Part shown: in pieces, positions 19,493 to 29,700 of the stretch
Numbering within the stretch: the stretch's first letter is position 1
How the letters are laid out: every line of letters starts with the position of its first letter
NCBI GenBank assembly: GCA_965204745.1
Contig: OZ242010.1
Location: 3,168,001-3,232,000, forward strand
DNA length: 64,000 nucleotides
Origin: Candidatus Latescibacterota bacterium
Lineage (GTDB): Bacteria > Latescibacterota > UBA2968
Direction of reading: 5' to 3'
The notes under the pieces: model-generated
Database searches by the model: none
Told to the model about the DNA's origin: nothing
What the model saw: only the letters and a program-made list of their open reading frames with translations
Translations under genes and position numbers: made by a program

Positions 19493-20550
19493 TACCTAAT
19501 TTTTAACAACAACACCAACAAAATCGGCGTGACAACCGCCTGTAACAACGTGAACCTGACCAGCACTTGGGTATTTGACCAGCCCCACTTCTGGCGGACG
19601 TGGTCGTGCAGGGGATAGCGCACCTGCTTAAAAATGCCGATCTTGAAAAACCTCAGCAACGCGACTTTCAAAAGCCCTGTCGCGCCATTGACCAGCACCA
19701 CGCCTGCGACCACCACGATTAAAAGCGGATTGCCACACGCCAAGACCAGCATGCCGAGCAACAAGCCCAAGGGGCGCGACCCGGCATCGCCCATCAACAC
19801 CGCACTCGGATTGGCATTGTGCCACAAATAGCCCACCAAACACCCGGTCATGATAAAGGCCAACACGGCCCAATTCGCGGCCTCTGTGTAGTGCGGCACC
19901 AGCAAATACTGCGCGATGTCCCGATGTCCCACAATGCCGTACAGCGCGGTTCCCAAATACATAAATGCCAACGCGCACAAACTGCCGGACAAGCCATCCA
20001 CGCCATCTGTGCAATTCGTCGCGTTGATCGTCATCCACAACAAGAGCGTGGCAACGGGTATGTAAATCCACAGCGGGACGATCACCGGCGTCTTGATCAG
20101 CGGCAACCACACTTGGACAGGCCCCCATTGGCATACGACCAGCGCGCCTAAAATCGAAATGCCCAAATCGATCAGGCCCATGCGGTATTCGCCCCAGCCG
20201 CCGCGGCTGCGGTCGTCGAGAAACCCCACCAGCATCGCCAAAAACAAACAGCCCAATGCCTCGACATAGCGCGCGCTGACCGGGACGAACAAAAACCCGA
20301 CCACGATGGCGATAGAAACAAAAATGACCCCCGCGCCCACGGGCTTGCCCACACTTTGCGCGGCCCCAACCGCGTGAGCGCGCCCTCGGTCGTGCGGCAA
20401 TCTGTGCCACAACTTGGGCAACAGCCACCAGGTGATCGCGCAGGCGAGCGCGGCCCCTGCACTCACCAAAAACAAATAAGACGTGAACAGCCGAAACGGC
20501 CCATAGACATCCAAAAGTTGCTCACCAAGCCAGTAAAACACAGCAGACAC
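19492..20550 (-). CDS. MraY-like polyprenyl-phosphate glycosyltransferase (GT4 family)
   Basis: GFLDD, NATNCTDGVDGL, LWHNANPS.VLMGDAGS, PLHDH..GWS..QVLVRF; multiple TMs. Confidence 0.85.
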   Translation of the reverse strand: MSAVFYWLGEQLLDVYGPFRLFTSYLFLVSAGAALACAITWWLLPKLWHRLPHDRGRAHAVGAAQSVGKPVGAGVIFVSIAIVVGFLFVPVSARYVEALGCLFLAMLVGFLDDRSRGGWGEYRMGLIDLGISILGALVVCQWGPVQVWLPLIKTPVIVPLWIYIPVATLLLWMTINATNCTDGVDGLSGSLCALAFMYLGTALYGIVGHRDIAQYLLVPHYTEAANWAVLAFIMTGCLVGYLWHNANPSAVLMGDAGSRPLGLLLGMLVLACGNPLLIVVVAGVVLVNGATGLLKVALLRFFKIGIFKQVRYPLHDHVRQKWGWSNTQVLVRFTLLQAVVTPILLVLLLKIR

Positions 20551-20603
20551 TCCCTATAAATTTGATCCGACTGATGATTCGCGCCGCGGCGCCGCGGACG
20601 TGC

Positions 20604-21593
20604 TCACACATTGACCAGTTCCTTGAGCGACACGATGCGCCCGGATTCAGAGGAAATGCCCATGCCTTCGACCATCGCCACGGTCGCCAGATTATTGCGC
20701 CCTGAAAACTCGGGTTCGTCACCGCCGTTTATCCACGCGAGAAATTGATCCACGATGAGGGTCGTCGAAGTGGGGCCTGCATCCAAGGGCAATACTTCGG
20801 GATCGGCTTTGCGGCGCGTCAAGACGAGTTCGCCTCGTTCGATAGACAGGGTGCCTTCATCCACATCTACGCGCGTCTCGCCGCCGGATTTGTGCGGTTC
20901 AAAAGTCGCAAAATAAGTCGCGGTCGCGCCCCCGTCAAATTCGACCCACCCGGAGACCCCGGCCCCGCCTTTGTACGGACTCCAGGGCGGATTGAAACTG
21001 CGCGCCCACATGCGCGTGGGCAATTTGCCAAAAATATAGCGCATGGTATCCAAGTCGTGAATGCCCCGCTCCCACAAATACGAATGATCGTCATGCCCCG
21101 AATGGTGAACGCCCTTGCTGCGCCAGCCCATTTTGGTGAACAGCCCAAAACTCGCCTTGCCGTAGGTCTCTTCCCGCAGGTGGCGGGCGAGCGTCATCGT
21201 GACCGCGTTGTATTTGGCATTTTGACTCACGCCCACTTTGACCCCCGCGCGCTCGGCTTCTGCAACCACCTGCTTTGCGGACGCTAGGGTTTTCGTAAAT
21301 GGCTTTTCAACGAGAACGTGCTTCCCGGCTTTGATCGCCTCCAACATCATCGACGCGTGGGCATCGGGCGGGGTGATGATGATCACGCAATCCGCCGCCA
21401 CATTGTTCAGGGCTTGCTCGAGCGTTCTGAAACACTTGGACTCGGGCAAGCCGGACATTGCCATCGCGGCGTTCATGTTGTCTTCGTGAATATCGACAAA
21501 GGCCGCACTCGCCACGTCGTCCCGCTCCGTGAACATCTGCACGGGCCACTTTCCCCGGCCGCCAACGCCCATGTGAATGCACTGCACTGCCAT
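20604..21593 (-). CDS. Gfo/Idh/MocA family oxidoreductase
   Basis: GVGGRG, ITPPDAH, AGKHVLVEKP, GIHDLD. Confidence 0.92.
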   Translation of the reverse strand: MAVQCIHMGVGGRGKWPVQMFTERDDVASAAFVDIHEDNMNAAMAMSGLPESKCFRTLEQALNNVAADCVIIITPPDAHASMMLEAIKAGKHVLVEKPFTKTLASAKQVVAEAERAGVKVGVSQNAKYNAVTMTLARHLREETYGKASFGLFTKMGWRSKGVHHSGHDDHSYLWERGIHDLDTMRYIFGKLPTRMWARSFNPPWSPYKGGAGVSGWVEFDGGATATYFATFEPHKSGGETRVDVDEGTLSIERGELVLTRRKADPEVLPLDAGPTSTTLIVDQFLAWINGGDEPEFSGRNNLATVAMVEGMGISSESGRIVSLKELVNV

Positions 21594-21784
21594 ATCTGCC
21601 TCCTCAGTGTGAATGTCCGATGGTATCGCGCCCAATATAACGCAACTTTTTCTGTCTGCATGTTTTCTTTTTTGCGTTCAAAGTATCGCGCCCGTTCCCA
21701 ACTGGTCAGTCCCCGCTTGGCCGCTCAGTGAGAATCAAAAGGGTAAAGACAAGATATCCGCCCATCGTCATTATAGGACAAAGG

Positions 21785-21823
21785 AAAATCCGCCCTGCTG
21801 AAGGTATCGGCAGGGCGGATTTT
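21785..21823. terminator. Strong hairpin, probable intrinsic terminator
   Basis: aaaatccgccctgc...gcagggcggatttt just downstream of the sulfatase stop. Confidence 0.7.
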
Positions 21824-21846
21824 GTGTTTGTCTGTACCTGTCTCGG

Positions 21847-23130
21847 TCAAGTCCGAAGGGCCGCGGGGTCGTTGATGCGGGCGTTTTGGGGTGCGGGTAC
21901 CCAGCCGGATAGGAGGGGGTCGTCGGTCGTTTCCATCCACGTTGCGAGGCGGCGACGCATGGCGTTTCGGTCGTGTTGATAGGCCGGATCCAGGGCGAGG
22001 TTGTGGGTCTCAAATGGGTCGAAAATCAAATCGTAGAGTTGCTCGCGGGGTTGGGTTTTCTGCCGCCATCCCCGTTCGAGAAAATAGGATTTGCTCGGGC
22101 TGCCATCGCAGTTGATGTCGCCCGGGCGCGCTGTGGGGTACCAGTGGCGGATGTATTTCCACTTCTTGGTGCGGACGGCCCGTTGCGGATCGTAATAGCT
22201 GTGGTAGTTGATTTCTGCAAAAATTTCTTCGTGGATCTCATCCGCTTCGCCGCGAACAAGGGGCAGGAGGGATTTGCCTTGCAACCAATCCGGATGGTCG
22301 ATGCCGATGAGGTCGCACAGCGTGGGGAACAGATCGACTTGGGAAACCATGCCGTCGATCACCTCGCCGCCCAAAAAACCCGGCCCGCGCATGATGAGCA
22401 AGACCCCGATGCCGTGATCCGTGAGGTTGCACTTCATCATCGGAAATGCAATGCCGTGGTCCGTGGTGCTGATGACGAGGGTGTTGTCCGCGAGCCCGGC
22501 CCGGTCGAGGGCGTTGAGCACGCGCCCGACTTCGGTGTCGAGGATTCGGACGCAGGTTTTGTAGGCCGCGGTGTCGTAGCGCGTTTCCGGCGTGTCCGGC
22601 AAGGGTGCAGGGGGCATGCAGTAGCGCGGGTCGTCTTCCGGTCCCGGTTCTGGAAAACTGCGATGCGTGAGCGTGTATCCCACGTCGAGGAAAAAGGGCT
22701 TGTCGTGCGCCCGATTGAGAAATGCAATGGCCGCGTCCGAGGTCGCCCGCTGATCTTTGGCCGTATCGAACATGTGGTCATAACCGATTTCGGCCGGGTC
22801 CGCCGATGGCGGACGCCCCACATGCTGAAACCCGGAAAGCGCGGTCGCGTACCCGGCCCGTTTCAGGGTTTGCACCAAGTGATGGCTGTAATCGTTGAGC
22901 CGAAACCCCCGGTGGGCAAGGCCGAGCATGCCGCAACAGTGGGGCCATTGCCCGGTCAAAAGCGCGGCGCGACTCGGAGAACACGTCGGGTTGGCGCAAA
23001 ACGCTTGCCGAAAGAGCACGCCCTGCTCGGCGAGGGCTTGGAAATTGGGCGTTGGCATGGCGTGTCCGTAAGGCTGGATATAGCGACCCGTGTCGTGCGA
23101 GTGGATGTAGAGGATATTGGGTTGGGACAT
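21847..23130 (-). CDS. Cys-type sulfatase
   Basis: PNILYIHSHD, CSPSRAALLTG formylglycine motif, TTDHG, QLYDL..DP.E. Confidence 0.94.
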   Translation of the reverse strand: MSQPNILYIHSHDTGRYIQPYGHAMPTPNFQALAEQGVLFRQAFCANPTCSPSRAALLTGQWPHCCGMLGLAHRGFRLNDYSHHLVQTLKRAGYATALSGFQHVGRPPSADPAEIGYDHMFDTAKDQRATSDAAIAFLNRAHDKPFFLDVGYTLTHRSFPEPGPEDDPRYCMPPAPLPDTPETRYDTAAYKTCVRILDTEVGRVLNALDRAGLADNTLVISTTDHGIAFPMMKCNLTDHGIGVLLIMRGPGFLGGEVIDGMVSQVDLFPTLCDLIGIDHPDWLQGKSLLPLVRGEADEIHEEIFAEINYHSYYDPQRAVRTKKWKYIRHWYPTARPGDINCDGSPSKSYFLERGWRQKTQPREQLYDLIFDPFETHNLALDPAYQHDRNAMRRRLATWMETTDDPLLSGWVPAPQNARINDPAALRT

Positions 23131-23172
23131 GATGGGCTCCTTAAAGGAAGAGGCAAGATACTCTCTTAAAGG

Positions 23173-24180
23173 TCAAGGGGATTGCGGGGCGATTCGATAG
23201 AATTTCTCGCCCTCAAAATCTTGGTCATGCCGCAACATGCCCCAGATTGAATGGAGCAACTTTCGCATCACCGCAACGATAGCCTGCAAAGGTTTCTTGC
23301 CGCGGGCAATGAGTTGGTCATAGAAGGCTTTGACATGGACTTCGTGTCTGATGGCCACCCAGGCAGGCATATAGAGGGCATGGCGGAGGTACTTATTCCC
23401 GGTTTTCGAGATGCGTCTTTGTGGGTTGGCGGTTCCGGATTGTTTGGGTTTGGGATCCAGGCCTGCATGTGCGACCCACTGGGGCGGTTGCATCTCCTCA
23501 GGCAAAAGGGTCAACTCGGCCAAGAGCCGCAAGGCGCTCGTTTGTGCGATGCCAGGCGTCGAGCAGAGGCGTTGGTAGGCGCGCTTGAGGGTCTCATCGT
23601 GCAAAACGAGATCGAGGGCTTGGTCTTCCAAGTATGCAATCCGGCGTTTGAGGTGTCGAATATTCACCTGAATATCGCGTGCGATGCGCCGTGTGCTCAG
23701 GATGTGGTAGCTTTGCGCGTGGTTGCGGCTCTGTTCACTGATGATCACCTGCTTGAGTTGGTCAATGCGTCTGGTGAGGGCTTGCAGTTGAAGCCGTTGC
23801 TCACTCGGCGCTTGCCAAGGCACAAACGGCATGCGCTCGGCATAATCCATGATCAACAACGCATCCTTCGCATCCGTCTTGGCTCGTTGCATGCGGGCTT
23901 GACCGTACTTGCTCATCGCTTTGGGATTGACGACCATGACCTTTGTGTGGCGATGCCGATGCAAGGCCAAGGCCACCCCCAAGCTGTAAAGCCCGGTCGC
24001 TTCGAGGCACACAGAGACCATGTGCCCGCCCTTGGTGAGCCACTTCAGCAACCGCTTATGGGCTTGGGGATCATTGGCAAAGGTCGCTTGCATGACAGCT
24101 TGTCCGGGTCTGGACAGGGCAACAGACAACGTGCGGGCACTGACATCAATGCCGGCGAAAGCGGGTTGAGATTTCGACAT
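23173..24180 (-). CDS. IS110 DEDD recombinase/transposase
   Basis: AGIDVS, CLEATG, KTDAKDA (DEDD); PKQSG catalytic Ser; ISKTGNKYLRHALY. Confidence 0.95.
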   Translation of the reverse strand: MSKSQPAFAGIDVSARTLSVALSRPGQAVMQATFANDPQAHKRLLKWLTKGGHMVSVCLEATGLYSLGVALALHRHRHTKVMVVNPKAMSKYGQARMQRAKTDAKDALLIMDYAERMPFVPWQAPSEQRLQLQALTRRIDQLKQVIISEQSRNHAQSYHILSTRRIARDIQVNIRHLKRRIAYLEDQALDLVLHDETLKRAYQRLCSTPGIAQTSALRLLAELTLLPEEMQPPQWVAHAGLDPKPKQSGTANPQRRISKTGNKYLRHALYMPAWVAIRHEVHVKAFYDQLIARGKKPLQAIVAVMRKLLHSIWGMLRHDQDFEGEKFYRIAPQSP

Positions 24181-24244
24181 GGGGGCCTCCTGTGATGAGG
24201 GGTTGTAAGGGGTCTGGTGTGCGCTCGAGTTCGATCCCGACCAT

Positions 24245-24430
24245 TGACGCCAAGTCTACCGGTCTTGTATATGCAGCCTCAAGGGACTTAGATACTCTTC
24301 GGCATAGACCCGGCGGTCGGGGGGCCTATCTTACCTACAAGGTCATCGCCTTCAAGAGGGGCCGGCCTTCCCCGAGCCGGGCATCAAGATGGCTTATCTC
24401 GATACGAGGGCGCAACTCCTAATTAACCCT
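24245..24430 (-). ncRNA. Putative IS110 bridge RNA (ends approximate)
   Basis: Contains in order target guides CCCCTCT and AGGTAAG, then donor guides AGAGTATCT and ATACAAG, matching the element's own target and donor. Confidence 0.75.
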
Positions 24431-24447
24431 TACTTCCAAGATACAAG

Positions 24448-24670
24448 AGGGGAGACGGGAGAGGGGAGAGGTAAGAAGTGAGAGGTGAGAAGTGAGAGGT
24501 GAGAAGTGAGATGGGATTTTAGCCACGAGCGGGGTACAACTGGCGACAGCCAGTTCAAAGGCACAAAAGGCACAAAAGGCACAAAAGGCACGAGCAGGTA
24601 AAACTGGCGATAGCCAGTTCAAAGGCACAAAAAGTGAGCGATATGTGTAGGGGCGATGCCTCTGTGCTCG
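24448..24670. repeat. Repeat cluster: (GAGAAGT/GAGAGGT)n, (AAAGGCACA)x4 and a dispersed element also found inverted at 48415-48500
   Basis: tttagccacgagcggggtacaactggcgacagcc and gagcgatatgtgtaggggcgatgcc are reverse complements of segments at 48415-48487. Confidence 0.8.
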
Positions 24671-24730
24671 CCCGAAGATACAATAAAGGTGAAAGAACAT
24701 CTCCTCTCTCCGTTGCGGGGCCAGGGATTT

Positions 24731-26143
24731 TTATGACTCGAGATATGCGCGGAGGTGTTTGAGGGCGCGGCCCGTGTCGATTGCGGATCGTGCCTGTCGA
24801 ATTGCATCGCGGGGATCGGGATTGAAACCGAGGAGGTGATCCGTCATCGCCGCGTTGAGTACGATGCGGTCGTACACAGGGCCTTTTTCCCCGGAAAGCG
24901 CGGCCATGCCCAAGGCCGCAAAAGCCTGGGCACTGACCGCTTTGGGGCGCGGGTTTTGCGCGTAGAAAAAGCCGTACGCGGCCGGGTCGATATCGAGGGC
25001 AAATGTTTGATCTGCGCGAAAGCCCTGTGAAAAATTGATGGCATTGCGCCGTTTGTCCGTGGGTTTTCCCAAGCGCAGGGAAAAATGGCTGCTGCCCTCC
25101 TCGCCCTTGATCGCCACCGCAGATGTGAACCCGGTTTCGCGGGCGATCTTCAGCAGGGGGACTTCGTATCCCGAATGGTAGTACCCGATGACCATGTGGT
25201 TGCTGCCGGCGCAGGTGAATAGTTGTTGCGCCTTTTCCGTGGCAGACCACGGGGGGCGTTTGCCGATGTGGGCGCGCAGGTCGCGGGCCGCGTACGCGTT
25301 GGGGGCGTATTCGCGCTGGCTGATGTACGCAAAGCCGATGTCGGGATTTTCGAGGCGTTCTGCGGCTTCTGCGAGTGACAAATTGGTGCGGGCGTTGAGG
25401 GCATTGAGAATCTGCTCGTCGGTCACGCCCCATTTGGGCGGCATGGCATCCACGCCGTGAAGCACAGAGGCTCGCGCGAGGGCCGCGCGCAGGGCCGCGA
25501 CGAACAAGGTGGGTTTGAAATACCGGGTCGAGCCGTTATAGGGCTGACCGAAATGCGTGAGGTTCTCGACCTTTGCCACTCGGACGCATTCGGGCGCGAA
25601 CCCCGAGTGGAGGTACCCGCGCACCTCATCGTAGGATTCGCGGTTCATGCGCTGGCCTATCAATGCGGCTCCTTTGAGGCTACCGCGCACCCGATCCGAG
25701 AGAATCGCTTCGCACATCAGGCGCGTGCGGCGATACGCGAGATGCCCTCCGCGGAGAATGGTCTTCAGCGCGGAAATGACGAGTTGTTCTTCGGGCGATT
25801 CTGCGGGACAGCGATCCGCATAGCCGAAAATGTATTGCAGGTCCGGGGGCAGGTGGGCTTGCAAGCGGTTGCGATAGTGCTGAAACGCATGGTCTTCTGC
25901 CGCGCTCCAACCCGTCTTGGCAGGGTATGCACGCCGCAGGCGCATCGCAGCAAAAAACGCCCCCATCTGCACCGCCGAGACCGGGTGACGCGCCGCGTTT
26001 TGCAGGGTATCGAGGATGGCTTCCAACACGGGTTGCGGTTGCGGGTCATCCGGTTTCACGCCCAAAGGCCGGGATTGCGTGGGGCCTGTACACACACGCG
26101 CTTGGGCTTCGAGGACCAGGGGATTGGGATCGAATTGGGTCAT
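24731..26143 (-). CDS. Anthranilate phosphoribosyltransferase-like (glycosyltransferase family 3, YbiB-type) protein
   Basis: QMGAFFAAMR, GQPYNGSTR, LHGVDAMPPKWG, IGKRPPWSATEK, KGEEGS. Confidence 0.75.
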   Translation of the reverse strand: MTQFDPNPLVLEAQARVCTGPTQSRPLGVKPDDPQPQPVLEAILDTLQNAARHPVSAVQMGAFFAAMRLRRAYPAKTGWSAAEDHAFQHYRNRLQAHLPPDLQYIFGYADRCPAESPEEQLVISALKTILRGGHLAYRRTRLMCEAILSDRVRGSLKGAALIGQRMNRESYDEVRGYLHSGFAPECVRVAKVENLTHFGQPYNGSTRYFKPTLFVAALRAALARASVLHGVDAMPPKWGVTDEQILNALNARTNLSLAEAAERLENPDIGFAYISQREYAPNAYAARDLRAHIGKRPPWSATEKAQQLFTCAGSNHMVIGYYHSGYEVPLLKIARETGFTSAVAIKGEEGSSHFSLRLGKPTDKRRNAINFSQGFRADQTFALDIDPAAYGFFYAQNPRPKAVSAQAFAALGMAALSGEKGPVYDRIVLNAAMTDHLLGFNPDPRDAIRQARSAIDTGRALKHLRAYLES

Positions 26144-26260
26144 AAAAAAACTTATGACGCAAACGCGGCGTTGTCAAGGGAAAGGGAAGACGTGAGATGG
26201 GAGAGGGGAGAAGCAAGAGGGGAGAGGCAAGAGGGGAGAAGGCCACCGCGCTGTTCCTCA

Positions 26261-26342
26261 AGTTGTCAGTTGTCAATGCGAATTAAGAGTAGAAAGCGAG
26301 TAAGAAGCAAGCCGCGGTCAATCATCCAAAGACCTGAACGAG
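26261..26342. repeat. 82-bp inverted repeat, left copy
   Basis: agttgtcagttgtcaatgcgaattaagagtagaaagcgagtaagaagcaagcc...catccaaagacctgaacgag; reverse complement at 34159-34240. Confidence 0.85.
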
Positions 26343-26520
26343 TCATCCATTATAGAATCCCCCTTGAACTTGTCTTAAAACGAACGATGGATGCCCCTCC
26401 TCCGGCTCTTTCCCGCAACGGAGAGATGTTATTCCCCCTTGTATCTTCCTCGTAGGCACAGGCGTAGCCTACAACGAAGCGTAGCGAGTAACGGGGCTAG
26501 TGGGTAGGTTCCAATTCCAA

Positions 26521-26560
26521 AAAGTAAAGCCCGAGTTCCCTGTGAACCCGGGCTTTTGTT
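26521..26560 (-). terminator. Hairpin downstream of the surface-protein locus
   Basis: aaagcccgagttc...gaacccgggcttt stem followed by a U-rich tract on the minus strand. Confidence 0.6.
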
Positions 26561-26579
26561 TTTTCGCGTCTTTCGTCGT

Positions 26580-26780
26580 TCAGCCTGTCGAGCCAAAGCT
26601 ATCGGCGAAGATGAGGAAATCGGAGAATCCAATCTCGCCATCGCCATTGAGATCGCACCGGGCGTCATATCGCTCCTGTCCGAGCCGCGATCCAAACTTA
26701 TCCGCAAAGGTCAAGAAGTCGGCGAAATTCACATTGCCATCGCCATTGCCATCTGTGGCGGTCAAGGAATAGGCTTTCAT
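26580..26780 (-). CDS. Stand-alone dockerin/EF-hand-like domain (66 aa), possibly a displaced C-terminus
   Basis: DGNGDGNVNFADFLTFA and DLNGDGEIGFSDFLIFA Ca-binding loops; ATGA overlap with the upstream gene. Confidence 0.65.
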   Translation of the reverse strand: MKAYSLTATDGNGDGNVNFADFLTFADKFGSRLGQERYDARCDLNGDGEIGFSDFLIFADSFGSTG

Positions 26781-29700
26781 TGGAAGTGGGAGTCGGGATA
26801 GAGGCTTCGGATGTAGGGTTCAATGGCTTGAGCGGTCGTGCGCGTGGCAGTTGGCTCGATGACGTTCCCTCTGACGAGGGCCTCGTTCCGGAAGAAGAGG
26901 ACATATCGAATGATCAGGATTATATCAGAGAACAGTCTCACATCGCCATCGCCATCCACATCGAGAATGTTCTGATTGACCAACGTGTCGAGGTAGGGTT
27001 CAATTTCTTGAGCGGTCTTGCGCGTGGCAGTTGGCTCGATGACGTTCCCTCTGAGGAGGGCCTCGTTCCGGAAGAAGAGGACATATCGAATGACCAGGAT
27101 TATATCCGAGAACAATCTCACCCGGCCATCGCCATCCACATCCAAGTTGGCACTCGGGGTTTCGTCATCGGTCAGGGTCAGGGTTACGGGCGAAGGACCG
27201 GTGATGCCTTGGGCGTTGTTTGCGGTTGCAGACACGCTGACCGTCTTCTCGTCCGCCCGGTCGTCGTTGTCCATGGCGGTGATCGTCACGGTGCCTGTGC
27301 TCGTTGTGGTCGTCGCCGCGATGATCAGCGTGTCTGCACTCGATAGCGTGAAGTCGCTCGCAGTCGCAGGGGACACAGGCGTAGCAGAGACCGTGATCGT
27401 CGTGATCGCGCTCGATGGGTGCGATAGGGTCGCCGTGATCGTGGAAACCTCGCCGTTTTCCGAAATCGACGAGGGTGTGAGCACCAACGTCACGGTCGGT
27501 GCTTCGTCATCGTCGGTCGTCGTCACCGGAACGTCCTCGTCCGAAAGGTCGTTGTAGTTGGTATCGCCGCTTGACAGGGCGAGTCGCACCGCCCAGGTGA
27601 CGTCCCCGTCGTCGATGATGTCGTCTTGCCCGGTCACGGTCACGGTTTGTGCCGTGTTATAGCCTGACGTCGTGAAGGTCAGCATCGCAGGCTCAACCCG
27701 CCCCTCGCTCGGGTCTTGGCTCGTCACCGAAATCGTCACCGCCGCCGTGGGTTGCGTCAGCAGGGCCACCGTGAAGGTCGCCGAGCCACCGGCCTCTGTC
27801 GCCTGCCCGGTCACCGCGCTGATGTCCAAGCCGAAATCGTTATCGCGGTTGACCATGTACACGATGATCGCGGAGAGCGCGTCGTAGTTGGTGTCCTGCG
27901 TATCCGTCTGGTTCACCGAAAGGGTGACCGTATAGTTCTGGTTGCCATCGACGGCGGCGGGAGTATCGTCCTGCCCGGTCACGGTCACGGTTTGCGCCGT
28001 GCTCCATGTTGTCGATGAGAAGGTCAGCACCGAGGGCGATACAGTGCCTTCCGTCGTGTCTGAACTGACCACCGAGAGTGCCACGTTCCCCGTCGGCTCG
28101 GAGGCGAGCGTGACCGTGAAGGTCTCTGCCCTGCCCGACTCTGTCGTGTGGAGCCTGACCGTCGTCGTGGTCATCGCCGACACCTCAATCGCCGCCTCGT
28201 CGTCATCGGTGATCGTCAGCGACGTAGCCTGCACGGTGCCCGCGCCGTGGTCGTTCTCCACAGCGGCGGTCTGCACCATCACCGCGTTGTCTGATGCGTC
28301 TATGTCGTTGTCCACGGCGGTGAGTGCCACCGTGTCCGACGCGTTCGCCGTGCTCCCAGCCGCGATGGTGATCGTCGAATCCGACCCCACTGTGTAGGCA
28401 TTCGCCACCGGGCGCACCGTGATCGTTGTCGCCGCGCTCGATGGGTGTGTCAGCGTCGCCGTCACCGTGCTCACGCCGCCGGCCTCCGAGATGGACGCGG
28501 GCGACAGCATTAGTGTCACGTCCGGCGCGGCGTCATCGTCTGTGATCGTCAAAGCCGTGCCGGTCACACTGCCTGCGCCTTGGTCATTGCTCACCGGAAC
28601 AGACACGGTCACGTCGCGATTAGGCGCGTCTTGGGTGTTGTTCACCGCTGTAATGACCACGGTATCCGTCGCGTTCGCCGTACTCCCTGCCGCGATGGTG
28701 ATCGTCGAATCCGACCCCACCGTGTAAGCACCCGCCACCGGGCGCACCGTGATTGTCGTGATCGCGCTCGACCGATGCGACAGCGTCGCCGTGATCGTCG
28801 AAACACCGCCGGTCTCTGCAATCGACGCGGGCGACAGCGTCAGTGCCACATCCGGCGCGGCCTCATCGTCTGTGATCGTCAGGATCACGGCAGACGATAG
28901 CGACGCCCCATTGCCACCTGCCACCGTTGCAGACACGGTCACGCGCTTGTCCGGCGCATCGGTCGTGTCGTTCACCGAGGTGATCGTCACGGCGCCCGTG
29001 CTCGTCGTCACATTCGCCGCGAAGGTCAGCGTGGTCGCGGTCGATAGCGTAAAATCGCCCGCAACCGCAGGGGCCACCGGGGTCGCTGAAACCGTGACCG
29101 TCGTCGCCACGGTTGCAACGCGATCTAGCGTCGCCGTGATCGTGGAAATCTGGGCATTCTCCGTAATTGACGCAGGAGTCAAAACCAACGTCACCTGCGC
29201 CACTTCGTCATCGATAATCGTCAGCGTCGCATCAGTGACCGATCCCGTGCCTATGCTGTTGCCCGCCGTGCTCGACACGGTCACCGTCTTGTTCCCCGAA
29301 GATATGCTGTTGTCCACCGTCCTGATCGTCACGGTGCCCGTGCTCATCGTTTGCCCCGCCGCGACGGTCAGCGTGGCCGGCGTACTCAGCATGTAGTCGC
29401 CCGGAACCGCAGGCGACACAGCCGACGCTGAAACCGTGATCGTCGTCGTCGCGCTCGACGTGTGAGACAGGGTCGCAGTCACGGTCGAGACGCCGCCGTT
29501 CTCTGAAATCGACGCAGGCGATAAAACCATCGTCACGTCCGGCGCAACGTCGTCGTCCGTCAGCGTCAAAGCCGCACCGGTCACACTGCCCACGCCTTGG
29601 CTGTTGTGCGCCACACCGGACACGGTCACGTCGCGATTAGGCGCGTCTTGGGGATTGTTCACCGCTGTGATGACCACAGTGTCCGACGCGTTAATCGTGT

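Larger units (their letters stand above)
23156..24447 (-). mobile_element. IS110-family insertion sequence (IS621-like), complete, ~1.29 kb
   Basis: Minus-strand ends AGAGTATCT (right end) and CTTGTAT (left end) share a CT core; no TIRs; long non-coding left end. Confidence 0.88.
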
